Positions 49,180 through 63,945 of a DNA stretch of 64,000 bases are shown piece after piece. This DNA comes from the human T2T-CHM13v2.0 reference genome, Homo sapiens. The notes below the pieces were generated by a model that made no database searches, was not told the origin of the DNA, and worked only from the letters and a program-made list of their open reading frames with translations. The stretch lies in assembly GCF_009914755.1 (NCBI RefSeq), contig NC_060944.1; one strand, 5' to 3'. Each line of letters begins with the position of its first letter. Within the stretch, counting starts at the first letter, position 1. Both the position numbers and the translations under genes were made by a program.

Positions 49180-50879
49180 GTACGTGGGGGGCCACTTCTG
49201 TGGTCAGGACTGCTGGTTTCTTATCAAGGCTCGATCCCAGATTGAAAATCATGCAATGATTTCTTTACTCCCACACCTGGGGATGGGTCCCAAGTTCAGG
49301 GTAGACTTGCGAGGATACCCAGTCATCACTGGGCTTGCCTTTCTATAAGTTGGTGCTATAATAAAATGCTACTTTAGGGTTTGTGGGTTGGGATTTTGTT
49401 TTGCCTTTAAGCTTCTGCCTATGAAAACTAATCTCTTTCTCAAGAATGCTGTGCTTTTATTTTTTTTATTTGACTCACCTGAAATGATCTATTATGCCAT
49501 TAATCTTATTTAAGATTTCTCCTTAAAAAAGGAATGATGTGGAGTATGGCCCTATTTAGGAGACTAATGAATATTTGCTTCATGCTTGGATCTCTTTGGA
49601 GAAAGTCAGTCTGAGTTCACTGTGCTCAGGGGGCAGAGAGAGTGGGGTGAGGGGGTCCAGATGCTCATAGCCACCCTGGGACAGAGACGAGGCGATGTCT
49701 ACAAGCAAGGAAAGGTCAGTGAGGCCTCTTTGCAGGCTTCTAGAGATGACTGGATGTGCTTCTAGAGATCACTTCAGCTGTGTTTTGCCTTTTTTTTTTA
49801 ATATAAGGAGCAATGTGGCATCAGAGTTGAACATTTTATCAGAGGAACATTAGCCACTTTTAGGGAAGCTGCAGCAGGGTGGTGGAGGGTGTGTGAGGGG
49901 CGAAACAAGCTCCCTGTCAGCCTCCTCCAGCTCTGGGGCCCCACGGCCTCACAGTAAGTCTTTGCCTAGGAGACAGCTTAGGCAAGCTCCGGTATGGGAA
50001 CTCCTTCCATTTCCCTAATCCACACAGGCAAAGACCCAGGTGCTAGAATGCCCTGCCAGTCGGCCTTGGGAAGTGGATTTCCTTGATGGCTATTGTAGAT
50101 TCAGGAGCCGAATGTGACAGGCAACCTTAAGGGGTGGGGTGAGGGGCTTTTCCATGACATCAGTGGCAGCCCTTCGGATGTCCCAGGGCCACCTTGACCC
50201 GGGACCCTCCTGGTGTTCCCCCAGGCCCTCCTGTCTTCCCTTTCATCTCGTTTTCTCCGAAATTCCTCAAGGGCCCTGCCCTTTGCCCTTTGCCCAGCTC
50301 AGGGGGCATCATACCCAGTGAGTGAAAAGCACAGTGTGTGAGCACTGTCTTCTCCTGAAACCCAGATGGGCAGTGGGGCATGGCTAGTGGACACATGCAG
50401 TGCAGCATTAGACAGAGCCCAGTGCAGGTCTGCCACCTCCCCGCTGTGCAGCCTTGGGCAAATTACTTAACTTCTCTGAATCCCAGGACAACATTTATAA
50501 CATGGGGATAATAATGTACCCACTCTATGTGAGAATTAAGTTAGGCAATGTCAGAGAAGAGCTTAACACGGTGGCAGGCATGAAGAAAGTATGCAATAAA
50601 AAGCCAGTAGGATAAGCAGATGGTCACACTGTCCCCCAGGGGTGAGATTGGAAAGGATGCCTGGAGCACACTTGACCCCTGGACATAGGGGAGGCAGGGG
50701 TCCCTTTGCTACGTTTCCATCTTTCCCTTCCTTCCTCCTCCTCTCTCTCTCATTACTGCAAAGCCCTTTAGGATCAGCAGCCAGTGAATTCCTCAGAATG
50801 GATGGCAGAATGCCCCCAAGACAGTGCCAGCTCAGAGCAATAAAGAACAAAGAGGGGAGATTGAAAGTACAATCTAAAG

Positions 50880-51146
<267 letters not shown>

Positions 51147-51184
<38 letters not shown>

Positions 51185-51336
51185 TGTGTCTGTACATATA
51201 CATATATATATATGTGTGTATATATACATATATGTGTGTATATATGTATATATGTGTGTGTGTATATACGTGTATATATACATATATATGTGTATATATA
51301 TACGTGTATACACACACACACACACACACACATATA
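51147..51336. repeat. Compound (TG)n-(TA/TG)mix-(CA)n microsatellite
   Basis: (TG)14 at 51149-51176, a mixed alternating purine-pyrimidine core, (CA)11 at 51311-51332. Confidence 0.96.
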
Positions 51337-51755
51337 GTCCATGCCCACCAGCATTTGATTCCAACTCTTCTATTGTATTTTCCTCCCAGGGATTTCTTGA
51401 TTTGAAAGACTTGGGAGTATCAAAGAAAACCTACATGTATTAAGTCACCACTCCTTTATTTTCCCATGCGTATTCAAAGCCACTATAATTGCCCTTTGCC
51501 ATTCTTACCTGTCTAGGAAACCGGGACCAGAGCCCTGAGTGAATGTAATCCTAGCAATAGCAAAGGAGCTCGGTGTTTGAGTTAACCCTGCACAACCCAA
51601 ACATGGGGAAACAATTATGCTTTTGAGACCACATAAATAGCACAAGGATGCGATTCCTTCCTTAAAATCTCCTGCACTTGGGAGGGGGCAGGGGAGCCCA
51701 GGCAGGCCTGGTGGGGAGCTGACCCACCGCCGTTTCTCTGGCAGGTTCTGACGCG

Positions 51756-52286
51756 ATGAGGAAGCACCTGAGCTGGTGGTGGCTGGCCACTGTCTGCATG
51801 CTGCTCTTCAGCCACCTCTCTGCGGTCCAGACGAGGGGCATCAAGCACAGAATCAAGTGGAACCGGAAGGCCCTGCCCAGCACTGCCCAGATCACTGAGG
51901 CCCAGGTGGCTGAGAACCGCCCGGGAGCCTTCATCAAGCAAGGCCGCAAGCTCGACATTGACTTCGGAGCCGAGGGCAACAGGTACTACGAGGCCAACTA
52001 CTGGCAGTTCCCCGATGGCATCCACTACAACGGCTGCTCTGAGGCTAATGTGACCAAGGAGGCATTTGTCACCGGCTGCATCAATGCCACCCAGGCGGCG
52101 AACCAGGGGGAGTTCCAGAAGCCAGACAACAAGCTCCACCAGCAGGTGCTCTGGCGGCTGGTCCAGGAGCTCTGCTCCCTCAAGCATTGCGAGTTTTGGT
52201 TGGAGAGGGGCGCAGGACTTCGGGTCACCATGCACCAGCCAGTGCTCCTCTGCCTTCTGGCTTTGATCTGGCTCATGGTGAAATAA
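51756..52286 (+). CDS. PRND: Doppel, prion-like protein, 176 aa; 174Met allele
   Basis: MRKHLSWWWLATVCMLLFSHLSAVQTRGIKHRIKWNRK...DIDFGAEGNRYYEANYWQFPDGIHYNGC, NVT and NAT sequons, four Cys in the mature domain, GPI signal. Acceptor tttctctggcag| at 51744, 11 nt before the ATG. Confidence 0.99.
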   Translation: MRKHLSWWWLATVCMLLFSHLSAVQTRGIKHRIKWNRKALPSTAQITEAQVAENRPGAFIKQGRKLDIDFGAEGNRYYEANYWQFPDGIHYNGCSEANVTKEAFVTGCINATQAANQGEFQKPDNKLHQQVLWRLVQELCSLKHCEFWLERGAGLRVTMHQPVLLCLLALIWLMVK

Positions 52287-52584
52287 GCTTGCCAGGAGGC
52301 TGGCAGTACAGAGCGCAGCAGCGAGCAAATCCTGGCAAGTGACCCAGCTCTTCTCCCCCAAACCCACGCGTGTTCTGAAGGTGCCCAGGAGCGGCGATGC
52401 ACTCGCACTGCAAATGCCGCTCCCACGTATGCGCCCTGGTATGTGCCTGCGTTCTGATAGATGGGGGACTGTGGCTTCTCCGTCACTCCATTCTCAGCCC
52501 CTAGCAGAGCGTCTGGCACACTAGATTAGTAGTAAATGCTTGATGAGAAGAACACATCAGGCACTGCGCCACCTGCTTCACAGT

Positions 52585-52740
52585 ACTTCCCAACAACTCT
52601 TAGAGGTAGGTGTATTCCCGTTTTACAGATAAGGAAACTGAGGCCCAGAGAGCTGAAGTACTGCACCCAGCATCACCAGCTAGAAAGTGGCAGAGCCAGG
52701 ATTCAACCCTGGCTTGTCTAACCCCAGGTTTTCTGCTCTG
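52585..52740 (-). mobile_element. MIR in the PRND 3' UTR
   Basis: ttttacagataaggaaactgaggcccagagag...agtggcagagccaggattcaaccc. Confidence 0.85.
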
Positions 52741-52837
52741 TCCAATTCCAGAGCTGTCTGGTGATCACTTTATGTCTCACAGGGACCCACATCCAAACAT
52801 GTATCTCTAATGAAATTGTGAAAGCTCCATGTTTAGA

Positions 52838-52843
52838 AATAAA
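52838..52843 (+). terminator. PRND proximal AATAAA candidate
   Basis: AATAAA ~550 nt after the stop codon, with GT-rich sequence downstream. Confidence 0.55.
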
Positions 52844-53006
52844 TGAAAACACCTGAGCTGGTGGCTGCGTACTTTGACTGGTACATGGAGGCTATTTTAA
52901 TCCTTCTAACTAAACTAAAATAGATTAAAGGAATTAAACTAAAATACAAGTAAAGCTAGACAAAGGCCCAGAAATCATACTGTAAGGAAATGTTATTGGA
53001 AGCTGA

Positions 53007-53429
<423 letters not shown>

Positions 53430-54965
53430 TAGTGGCATATTTGCTTCTAATGTTCCCCTAACCCTACATGCATGTTTTATGTGCACTCATATGAGTATCT
53501 TTAAATATAATCCCTTTACATCTGTGTTCTATGCAAAGTCTCTCATTTCTTTCAAGACAGCCTAATGAAGGCCATCATCTCTGTAAACCACTTGTCACTA
53601 CAAAAATACAATTACTCACCAAAAAGCTTTAAAAAATAAAGCTGTGTCTTTAGGGAGACCCAATAAAGAATGCAATCCATGCCATAAGCAGGAGTTGATA
53701 CACCACCTTATTAGCTAAAAATATATATAACACAATATGAGTAATGTTTAAGATCTGTTTTAAATTTAAAACAATGAATTGAATGCTCTAAGAGGCTCCT
53801 ACAGGCGCTCCAGGCCACTCTCAGAGACTCCCAGGAGTTGTTGAACTATATTTGGAGAAAACAGCCACTGAATATTATCATTTCTCCTTTAAAGAGAGTT
53901 TGTAAGGGGGGAACATGCATTTTATCAGACAATTTATCCAAAGCATTGCAGAACATGAGTGCTGATGAGGGCACCTCTTGTGCTGAGTCCCCTCAGCTAT
54001 CAGTGTTCTTCTCAAGGACACATTTGGAAGGTTTTAACATTGAAAGTGAGCGGAGGACTTGGGGGCAGAGCAGCACAAAGAAACAGCCTTACACTGGGCA
54101 CATGGAGGAGACGTCCACCCTGCAGCCAGGACTGGGGTTCACGTCACTGCCAGAGCTACACTCGCCTTCTGCTTCCACGGTCCTGTTAATTCTAGATCAG
54201 AGAGCAAGAAAAAAGTACAGAACATATCCTCTACGGTTATTTCCTGCTTTCTAATTAAAAAAATAATAACCATGGCAAGAGAGAAAGAAAGAGAAAGTAC
54301 TCAGAGGCTGACACTGACATTTCACTTCCTCGCTCTCCTAAGTTTAATTACAACAGCACGTGCAGCCACGTCAGCCAAATGACTTCATTTCTGATGTGAA
54401 AACGCTTAGGCCATGATGTCGTTCATTTTCTGTAATTGCTGCCTTTTCTCATTCTGTTAATAGTCCCGGCAACCAGATTTCAGTGGGGCATGACGTGAAT
54501 GTGTATATGGTGATTCAAATGCAAAATTTGTTTATGGGGCTTTTAATCGAACGCGTGTGTGCCTGAACATTCTTGCTCAAGTTGATGAATCATGGGGTGG
54601 AATAAAGGCTGAGTTTAGTTTTTCACTTTAGCAAAGGGGCAATGGGGTGCCTACTATGTGCGAGACATTGGGAGGGGCTTCTGAATTATTCTGGATATCG
54701 TCATTTTGCAGTGTGCATAATTTTGCCAACCGTTGCTTTCGTAGCCCCTGCTAAGTGTTGACTTTTTAAAATATAAGTTTATTGTAAAAGTGACATGAAA
54801 ATTACAACAGATATTCCAGACCAAAATAATACAACAATCCCAGCATCTGATTGAGTCAGTGTTTGCTGTTTCCCCTGCACTTTCCTAGTTCTTAAGCATT
54901 TGCGTATGTAAACATTCATATTTGCAATAAAAAAGTGAGCTTTTATATTCTAAATTTTTACTTAA

Positions 54966-55372
<407 letters not shown>

Positions 55373-55655
55373 TAGGCTCCACCTTAACTGTGCTCAGATA
55401 CACAAGTGAGGGCTTTTTAACTTGATTATGCCTTTTAAAAATACTATGTATGTAAAATATTTATTCATCTGCAATTTGGCTTCCCTAACTTAACATTGCA
55501 TCATGAAACTCTTTGGAACAACAGCTATCTAGATAGCTGACTCATTCTTTTGGATTGCTACGTAATCTCACTTAATACAGATGTATCATGATTGATTGAA
55601 TCATTGCCTTGTTGATGGGCCTTCAGATTATTTCCAGTTTTTTGCCACTGCAAAC

Positions 55656-55661
55656 AATAAA
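55656..55661 (+). terminator. PRND distal AATAAA candidate (~4 kb mRNA)
   Basis: caaacAATAAAcatcc ~3.9 kb after the exon 2 acceptor, consistent with the recalled long PRND mRNA. Lies in L1-like sequence. Confidence 0.55.
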
Positions 55662-57510
55662 CATCCTTGTACATACTACATTGCAGTCTGGTACTTCTGT
55701 TTCTGTGGAATAGATTCACACGTGCAAAATTTCTGGAACAAAGCCTGTGTGTAATTTAAATTTTACCAGCCATGACCGGGCTATGCTCGCACATAGCTGG
55801 AGCAAATCCTATTCCCACCAGCTGTTTACGGCATTAATTTGGAAGAGTTTCTGTCATTTAACTATGAGAAGCCACCTTTTCTACAAATGTTGCCTACACA
55901 TCTTCTCTCTTTTGCAAACGGCACACCTAAAGCTCTCTAAAACTTTCGGCCATGAGGACCATTTGAAAATCCTCCTAAAACTGTTAGCAATTCTCATTCT
56001 AAACCTGGTCCTTGGCCCAAAACATCTGCATGAGAAGCCTGGAAAACAGGCAGTGAGTGTGCAGGCTTCCAACTCAGAGGGTGGTGTGCCTGCACAGCTC
56101 CACACACCCCAGCAACTGGGAAGGCTTGAGGTGAGGTTATGCCCTGGCCTTTTTACTGACTTTTACTAAAATTACACATGCAAGTATTTGCATTCCAGCC
56201 AGAATACCCTCTAGATCCAAAAGCTCAAAAGGAGCAGAGAATTGAGAACACTATTAAAGTAGCCCATGCTGTTCCTCCCCTCCAGGCTCTGGCAGACAAC
56301 CAGCATTTCCCTGGAGCCCCTCACACCCTACCTTGCTTAGGATATGCCTGACAATGTCTAGAAACTTCACCCTCTGGTCCTAATAGGGTGTCCCAGGCAG
56401 TGACCTTAAGTTTGTCTTGAGCCGCCCACACGCTCTACCTCAAGTTTTCTGACAACAAGTGACTGGATTGGGGTGGTGGCTGATTGGGTCAAGGACCCCA
56501 GGCCCTACATCGTACCTATGGTGTGGTCACATCTTTTTCCTGCACCCAAGACTTTTTCGTCATGGCTGTAGATGGATGGACACGTGCACCCTAAGCTGTC
56601 TCTGTGTTGCTGCATGACACATCCTGAGTCTACCAGAGTCTCTACTGAAATGTGACAGCAGGGCCCATGTGCCTTCATGTAACCAGCACTGTCACAGACC
56701 ACACCTGCCAGGCGAGTGATCAAGACTTACACAGACATGGCATCATGACCAGTTTCAGTTTTTCTGGCTCAGACACCACTCTGTTGAGGAACAGACTTCT
56801 TGGTGAGCCTGGCTCAGGCCAGAGGCTAAGAGTTTGCTGTCTCCCCAGAGGCCACGAGTCAGAGAAGAGCGAGGGCTTCCTCTTCCCTTATCCTCAGTGC
56901 TGGCAGAAGACCCCATTTCAGTGGGCACCCAGCTTCCCCAGTGGAAGAAAAAGGAGCCCAACCCTCATGCCTCTGGGAATGCATCCCTACAAAATGGGAA
57001 TAACTCAGATATTCCCTGCAAAATGAGACTAAAATACTATGACTTTGAGAAATCTCAAAGCACATTCCAGATCATCCAAAGACTGCCCCGGAAAAACAGA
57101 CTCAGCTTTGGCAAATGGGAGCCTTCCCCTGGGCCCGTGGCTTTAGGGAGCCTCACTTTGGAGCAGGAGCATGCACGGGGAAGCGACCGAGATTCCACCC
57201 CCAGAGCACTAAAGCCCCGAGGCCTCCCTCCCACAGTGAGCCCCAGACCCCAAACAGAGGGTGGAGAATGTGCTCCTCTGGCATTGGATGAGAGGCCTTA
57301 GACTGAAATGAGCCCCATGCACTGACCATGCCCCTTCTAAAGGGATCTTCCTGGTCAGCACAAAGCTGACCCCCCAAAAGAGCTCATCCTCCAATACTCA
57401 AGTGTCATCCCTGTTCCCTGGACTGAACTGTAATGGGCACACAAATTCCCTGGAATCTTGGTGAAATGTACCTTCTGCTTCAGCAGGTTTGGGGTGGACC
57501 AGATTGTACG

Positions 57511-57826
<316 letters not shown>

Positions 57827-59159
57827 TCCCAGATTCTACATTTCTAGCAAGTGTCACTGCCTCCTCCAAGATGCCCTGTACCCTAAACTGAACTTCATCC
57901 CTCCATCCGCCCCTCCCGCCCTCCCATCCGTCCTGGGGATTCCCAGATCTTGTTTTAATGCAAACCCTTTTGTGAGAAAGCATTGCTTTCTTAAACAATG
58001 CAAATTGTTTTGACTCCAACAGGTTTGGCTATAATCTGTCGAAGGAAATTGGCAGAAGGCCAGAGAGGAACTAGAGGAAGCTGGAAGCAGGCAGTTCAAG
58101 GCCACATGAACTCACACAGCTGCCCTCCCTTGATGGTGGGAGGTGGGTGGTGGGGAGGGAGAGGGGAGGTACTGGTTGCGGGGAGGAGACCTTCCATACA
58201 CCCCGTGTCCAAGGGAGAATTACATGCACAGGCTTATCAGAGGTGACACCAGCATCCAGCAGGGAAGGGTGTTTTGCAACCAGGGGCTCCATGCTCAAAA
58301 AAATAACATTCAGCACCAAGGAGAGGGATTTTCAAGAACGAAGCAGAGGGTAAGGTGCAGGCAGGGTCCCGGCTAGGTGCAAGCCATGTCGGTTGTGGTG
58401 TGCTGGAATTTCGAAATCTGTAATTAAGATTCTAATTTTTTTAATTGGCTGTTTTGGTTCGGGGCTACTTAGCAATCAAGAACAAAATGGAGGCGCTTAT
58501 GACGTCTCTTAAATATCGTTTATTCCTGTCGTGCCCAAGCCAAATCATGTCATCACCTCTGATTTCCTGGGGCAAACAAATAGAGGAAGCAGGAAGCAAA
58601 GGGCTGGTGGGTTTTCCTTAGCTTTGGGCCCACTTGGGATAGCCAAACAGTGGAAGCCTCCACCCAAAGTTAACGGGCTTTCTAGGCTCATTTGCACAAG
58701 AGCAGACTCCAAGAAGTTTCTTCTGGAATTTCAAATGTGATGTGGTCTGCAAATCTGCTCCCTGTCAGCTAAGAAGATGTTGACCTGTGCAGATGGCTGT
58801 TTCCAGAAGTCGAGCTGTCAGACTCTTTCCAAGGGCAGGACCCAGGCCTCCCCCATCTGTCTGTGGAGCCCTCATAAGCAGCATCCTGCCTTAGAGATGG
58901 GTTTTACTTAGAATTACAGAACATTTTTCCTCTGGGCATTATCTCAGCTCCTAACTTATGTTTAACATTTGAGCCAATGTCCTTCTTTGCCTCATCTTGG
59001 GCATTTTGTGGATTTGTTCATGCTTCCACTCGACAAACATGCATTCAATTCCTGCCATGAGTCTGTCTGCTCCGTGCGGGAGCTGTAATGGTGGGCAACA
59101 GAGGCAACGTGCCTGCTGTTAGGTGTTTTGTTCTGGTGGCACACGCATGCATGTATAAC

Positions 59160-59352
59160 CAGAGGTGTGCTAGTGTACCAGCTCTATGCCCGAGTAGGGG
59201 TGAGGGAGCCCTAATTTGTACTATTTGCCAATTTCTATGATGTAAATGGTGACCCAGCCAATTTCAAGTTACCCACACTCACCGAATGTGGAGTTAATAG
59301 AGATGTGTATGTTCATCTCTCAGAAGCCTGTTTGACCTGCTCCAGCACAATT
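59160..59352. mobile_element. MER63-like hAT fossil in the PRNT exon
   Basis: Ends cagaggtgtgctag and gctccagcaca resemble inverted termini. Confidence 0.45.
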
Positions 59353-59609
59353 AATTTAATTTAACTGTTTACTTTGTAACCTTTACACATATTAATTCAC
59401 TCCTATAAACAATATCATAGCTCTTCCAAATCAGAGCTGAAGTCATCTCAACCGGGAGGCTATTGATGGATTGGCGATGGTCCTCCAGGTCGCTCTCCCT
59501 TCCATGCAGACACCTAGGTGAAAGCCAAGCCCCAGGTAGGCACAGGAAGAGCCGAGGCCAGAGCGGAAGAGAAATGGCACATGGAGCTGCCACTGGAGTT
59601 GAGGATTAT

Positions 59610-59894
59610 TTAGCAGTAAATCTTTTTTGATTTTCTATTGCATGCCTGGCAGTCCACTGGAATCTGCAGATGCCACAATGAATGAGTCACTGCCACTGCC
59701 TTCAAGGTGCTCACAGTCTGATGCAGAAAGGATAATGGCCATGCAGTATGGGGAAGTGTTGTGTTAGACATGGGAATTAGCAAGAAAGGTTTGCTAGAGA
59801 AGGGAAGTCTGAAAGGATGGATGGAGGCATCCAGGTGGAGAAGATGGGAAAGATGTAGAATCACTGCAAAAAAGAAAACAAGACTATGCTGCAT
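59610..59894 (-). CDS. PRNT: PRNT putative 94-aa ORF; coding status doubtful, probably lncRNA
   Basis: MQHSLVFFFAVILHLSHLLHLDASIHPFRLPFSSKPFLLIPMSNTTLPHTAWPL... recognised as the annotated PRNT ORF. Weak Kozak tgaATGc; no visible PrP/Doppel similarity. Confidence 0.75.
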   Translation of the reverse strand: MQHSLVFFFAVILHLSHLLHLDASIHPFRLPFSSKPFLLIPMSNTTLPHTAWPLSFLHQTVSTLKAVAVTHSLWHLQIPVDCQACNRKSKKIYC

Positions 59895-60300
59895 TCAAGG
59901 AGCTGCAAGCGGTCCAGTACAGTGGGGATGTGGGCACGGATGGAGGAGAGCGACAAGATGAGGCCAGAGAATGAAAGGAGCAAGATCTGCAAAGATCCCT
60001 CTGGCTTGCCGTATGTTCTCTTGGGAAGCACTTCGCAAACCATAACGGGCACACAAATTCCCTGGGATCTTGGCAAAATGCAGCTTCTGCTTCGTCAGGT
60101 TTGGGATGGACCAGATTCTACATTTCTAACAAGCTCCCTGGTTATGTTGATGCTGCTGGTCCATGGACTATCGTTTGTATAGTAAGGGTGTAACGAAGAG
60201 GAGGGCACTGAAGGGTGTTAGGAAGGTGGATTCCACGATCAGGCTTGCATTTCTAAAGATGACTCTAGGTGCTGGGGGCAGGATGGGCTGCAGGCAGCCA
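59615..60300 (-). mobile_element. L2 fragment underlying the PRNT ORF, interrupted by MER5A (~60025-60185)
   Basis: ctgccttcaaggtgctcacagtctga, ggagctgcaag, gatgaggccagaga and gatcaggcttgcatttctaaagatgactct occur in L2 order. Confidence 0.65.
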
Positions 60301-60348
60301 CAGCTGCAGGAGCAATGGAAGAGAAAAAGAAGGTTAAGAGTTAAGTCT

Positions 60349-60832
<484 letters not shown>

Positions 60833-61316
60833 TTACAGAATTGGGCAAAGTCATGCTTAATGTCACTCAGTCCTGTTCCAGAGTGAAGTCATTTATTTTA
60901 GGGGAAGATCTATTTCAGTAGCTTTATTTTTTTATGTAGTAATTTTTATTGTTTTTCCTTTTCAATAAAATAAATACTTGCTATGCAGTTTCTCCTGAAA
61001 TTATAAATTAACTGTTCAGGGTTAGCAAAGCATGAGTTATTCTATTGAATCTATAAAACATTCAGCTTTAAAAGAAACAGATATATATTTTTTTCTCATT
61101 ACACATTATTATATAACCTTTAAGGATAATAAAGCTGTGTTCAGATTTAAAATTTGAGAAATCTAGCTATACCAAGTTTTTAAAAGTGCATTAATCAAGG
61201 CTAAATTTTAAATATTGATATATACATATTTCATAATCTGAATCTGTTTAACATGAACACTAGCCTTTCTTTCTGTTATTTTTTTTTTTTCCCTACAAGA
61301 TGGCTTGACTTTGCAG

Positions 61317-61531
61317 AACAGTGGTTCTCAACTACTGGTGACTTTGCCTCCCTGGGAATATTTGGAAATATCTGATGTAATTTTTGTTGTCATCGGGGCG
61401 GAGGAGATAATGGCATTCACTGAGTAGAACCTAAGGATGCTGCTAAACATCCTACAATGCATAGAATGGAACCCCATAACAAAGGAATATGCAGCCCAAA
61501 TGTCAACCATGCCAAGGTTAAGAAACCCTGT
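61317..61531. mobile_element. MER20 DNA transposon
   Basis: cagtggttctcaac...gactttgcctccctggg...ggatgctgctaaacatcctacaatgcatag...aaggttaagaaaccctg. Confidence 0.85.
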
Positions 61532-62204
61532 TGTAAAGTGCAACTCAATTCCCATTTTATGAATAGCCTCTCTGTTCAATGTAATTCTGAAAACACAGAC
61601 TTGACTAATTTGCATATACTGCTTAAAAGAATATTTAACCTAACCAATGTCATTACCAAAAGCAATGGTTGACTTTAAGTATCAAGTGATACTTCCAGAA
61701 TGATTAAACCACAAAGTCAGCTTAGAAAGATAGAAATTGGGACATATTATTTATATACCATTTAATTGTTCTTGAATCTGCTCTACCAGTCTAATCTATT
61801 AATATGGAAAGTTAATTAGAACTGTTTTGAGTTAGCTAAGCACATAGTTTCCTTTGAACACTTTTCTGAACTATGACAAAAATTAAATTATATATAAAGC
61901 ACCTGGGAAATAGAAAAGCACTCTACAAATGTTCTCAAAATGTTTGTTGCAACATGTGAAAAGTGAAGAGCTTTACCTACTTGTCCAAACTTGTCATGAA
62001 CATGTGTTTGGACAGTTAAATTAGTTTTTATTTGTTCTCTCTTTTTTACAATGATCTCTTATACATGACTTTTACAAATATCAGTGCATATATATAGTAT
62101 GTGTGATACAAGAGAAAGCAAATGTGTTTTTCACACATGTAAAGTATCAAGATGGCATATGAGTATTCTAATTGGGAGCCAACTTTTTTTCAAATTATTC
62201 TAAG

Positions 62205-62825
62205 TTTTGGGGGTTTTATGGTTTTTTGTTTGTTTGTTTTTTATTTTTTGAGACGGAGTCTCACTCTGTCACCCAGGCTGGAGTTGCAGTGGCATGACCT
62301 TGGCTCATAGCAACCTCCGTCTCTCGGGTTCAAGCAATTCTCCTGCCTCAGCCTCCCAAGTAGCTGGGATTACAGGCACCCGCCACCATGCCTGGCTAAT
62401 TTTTTGTATTTTTAGAGAGACAGGGTTTCACCATGTTGGCCAGGTTGGTCTCGATCTCCTGACCTCAGGTGATCCACCCACCTCGGCCTCCCAAAGTGCT
62501 GGGATTATAGTCATGAGCCGCCATGGCCAGTCTTTTTTTTTTTGACAGGATCTCATTCTATCATCCAGGCTGGAGTGCAGTGGCATGATCATGGTTCAAT
62601 GTAGCCTCGACCTCCCAGGATCAAGCGATCTTCCCGCGTCAGCCTCCTGACTAACTGGGACCACAGACATGCACCACCATGCCCAGCTAATTTTTTGTAT
62701 TTTTAGTAAAGACAGGGTTTCACCATGTTGCCCAGGTTGGTCTCGACCTCCTGGGCTCAAGCGATCCGCCTGCCCCAGCCTTCCAAATTACTGGGATTAC
62801 AAGGCGTGAGCCACTGTGCCCAGCC
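62205..62825 (-). mobile_element. Tandem Alus (AluS ~62210-62529, AluJ ~62531-62825) inside one TSD
   Basis: tattctaag at 62196-62204 and 62826-62834. Confidence 0.92.
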
Positions 62826-62870
62826 TATTCTAAGGTTAAGTAGAGAAAGTTTTCAGTACTTTATTAATCA

Positions 62871-63945
<1,075 letters not shown>

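Larger units (their letters stand above)
58500..60303 (-). ncRNA. PRNT: PRNT terminal exon (upstream exon lies beyond the window)
   Basis: Minus-strand acceptor cttaaccttctttttctcttccattgctcctgcag| ending at 60304; minus-strand AATAAA at 58519-58524 (plus TTTATT). Confidence 0.6.
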
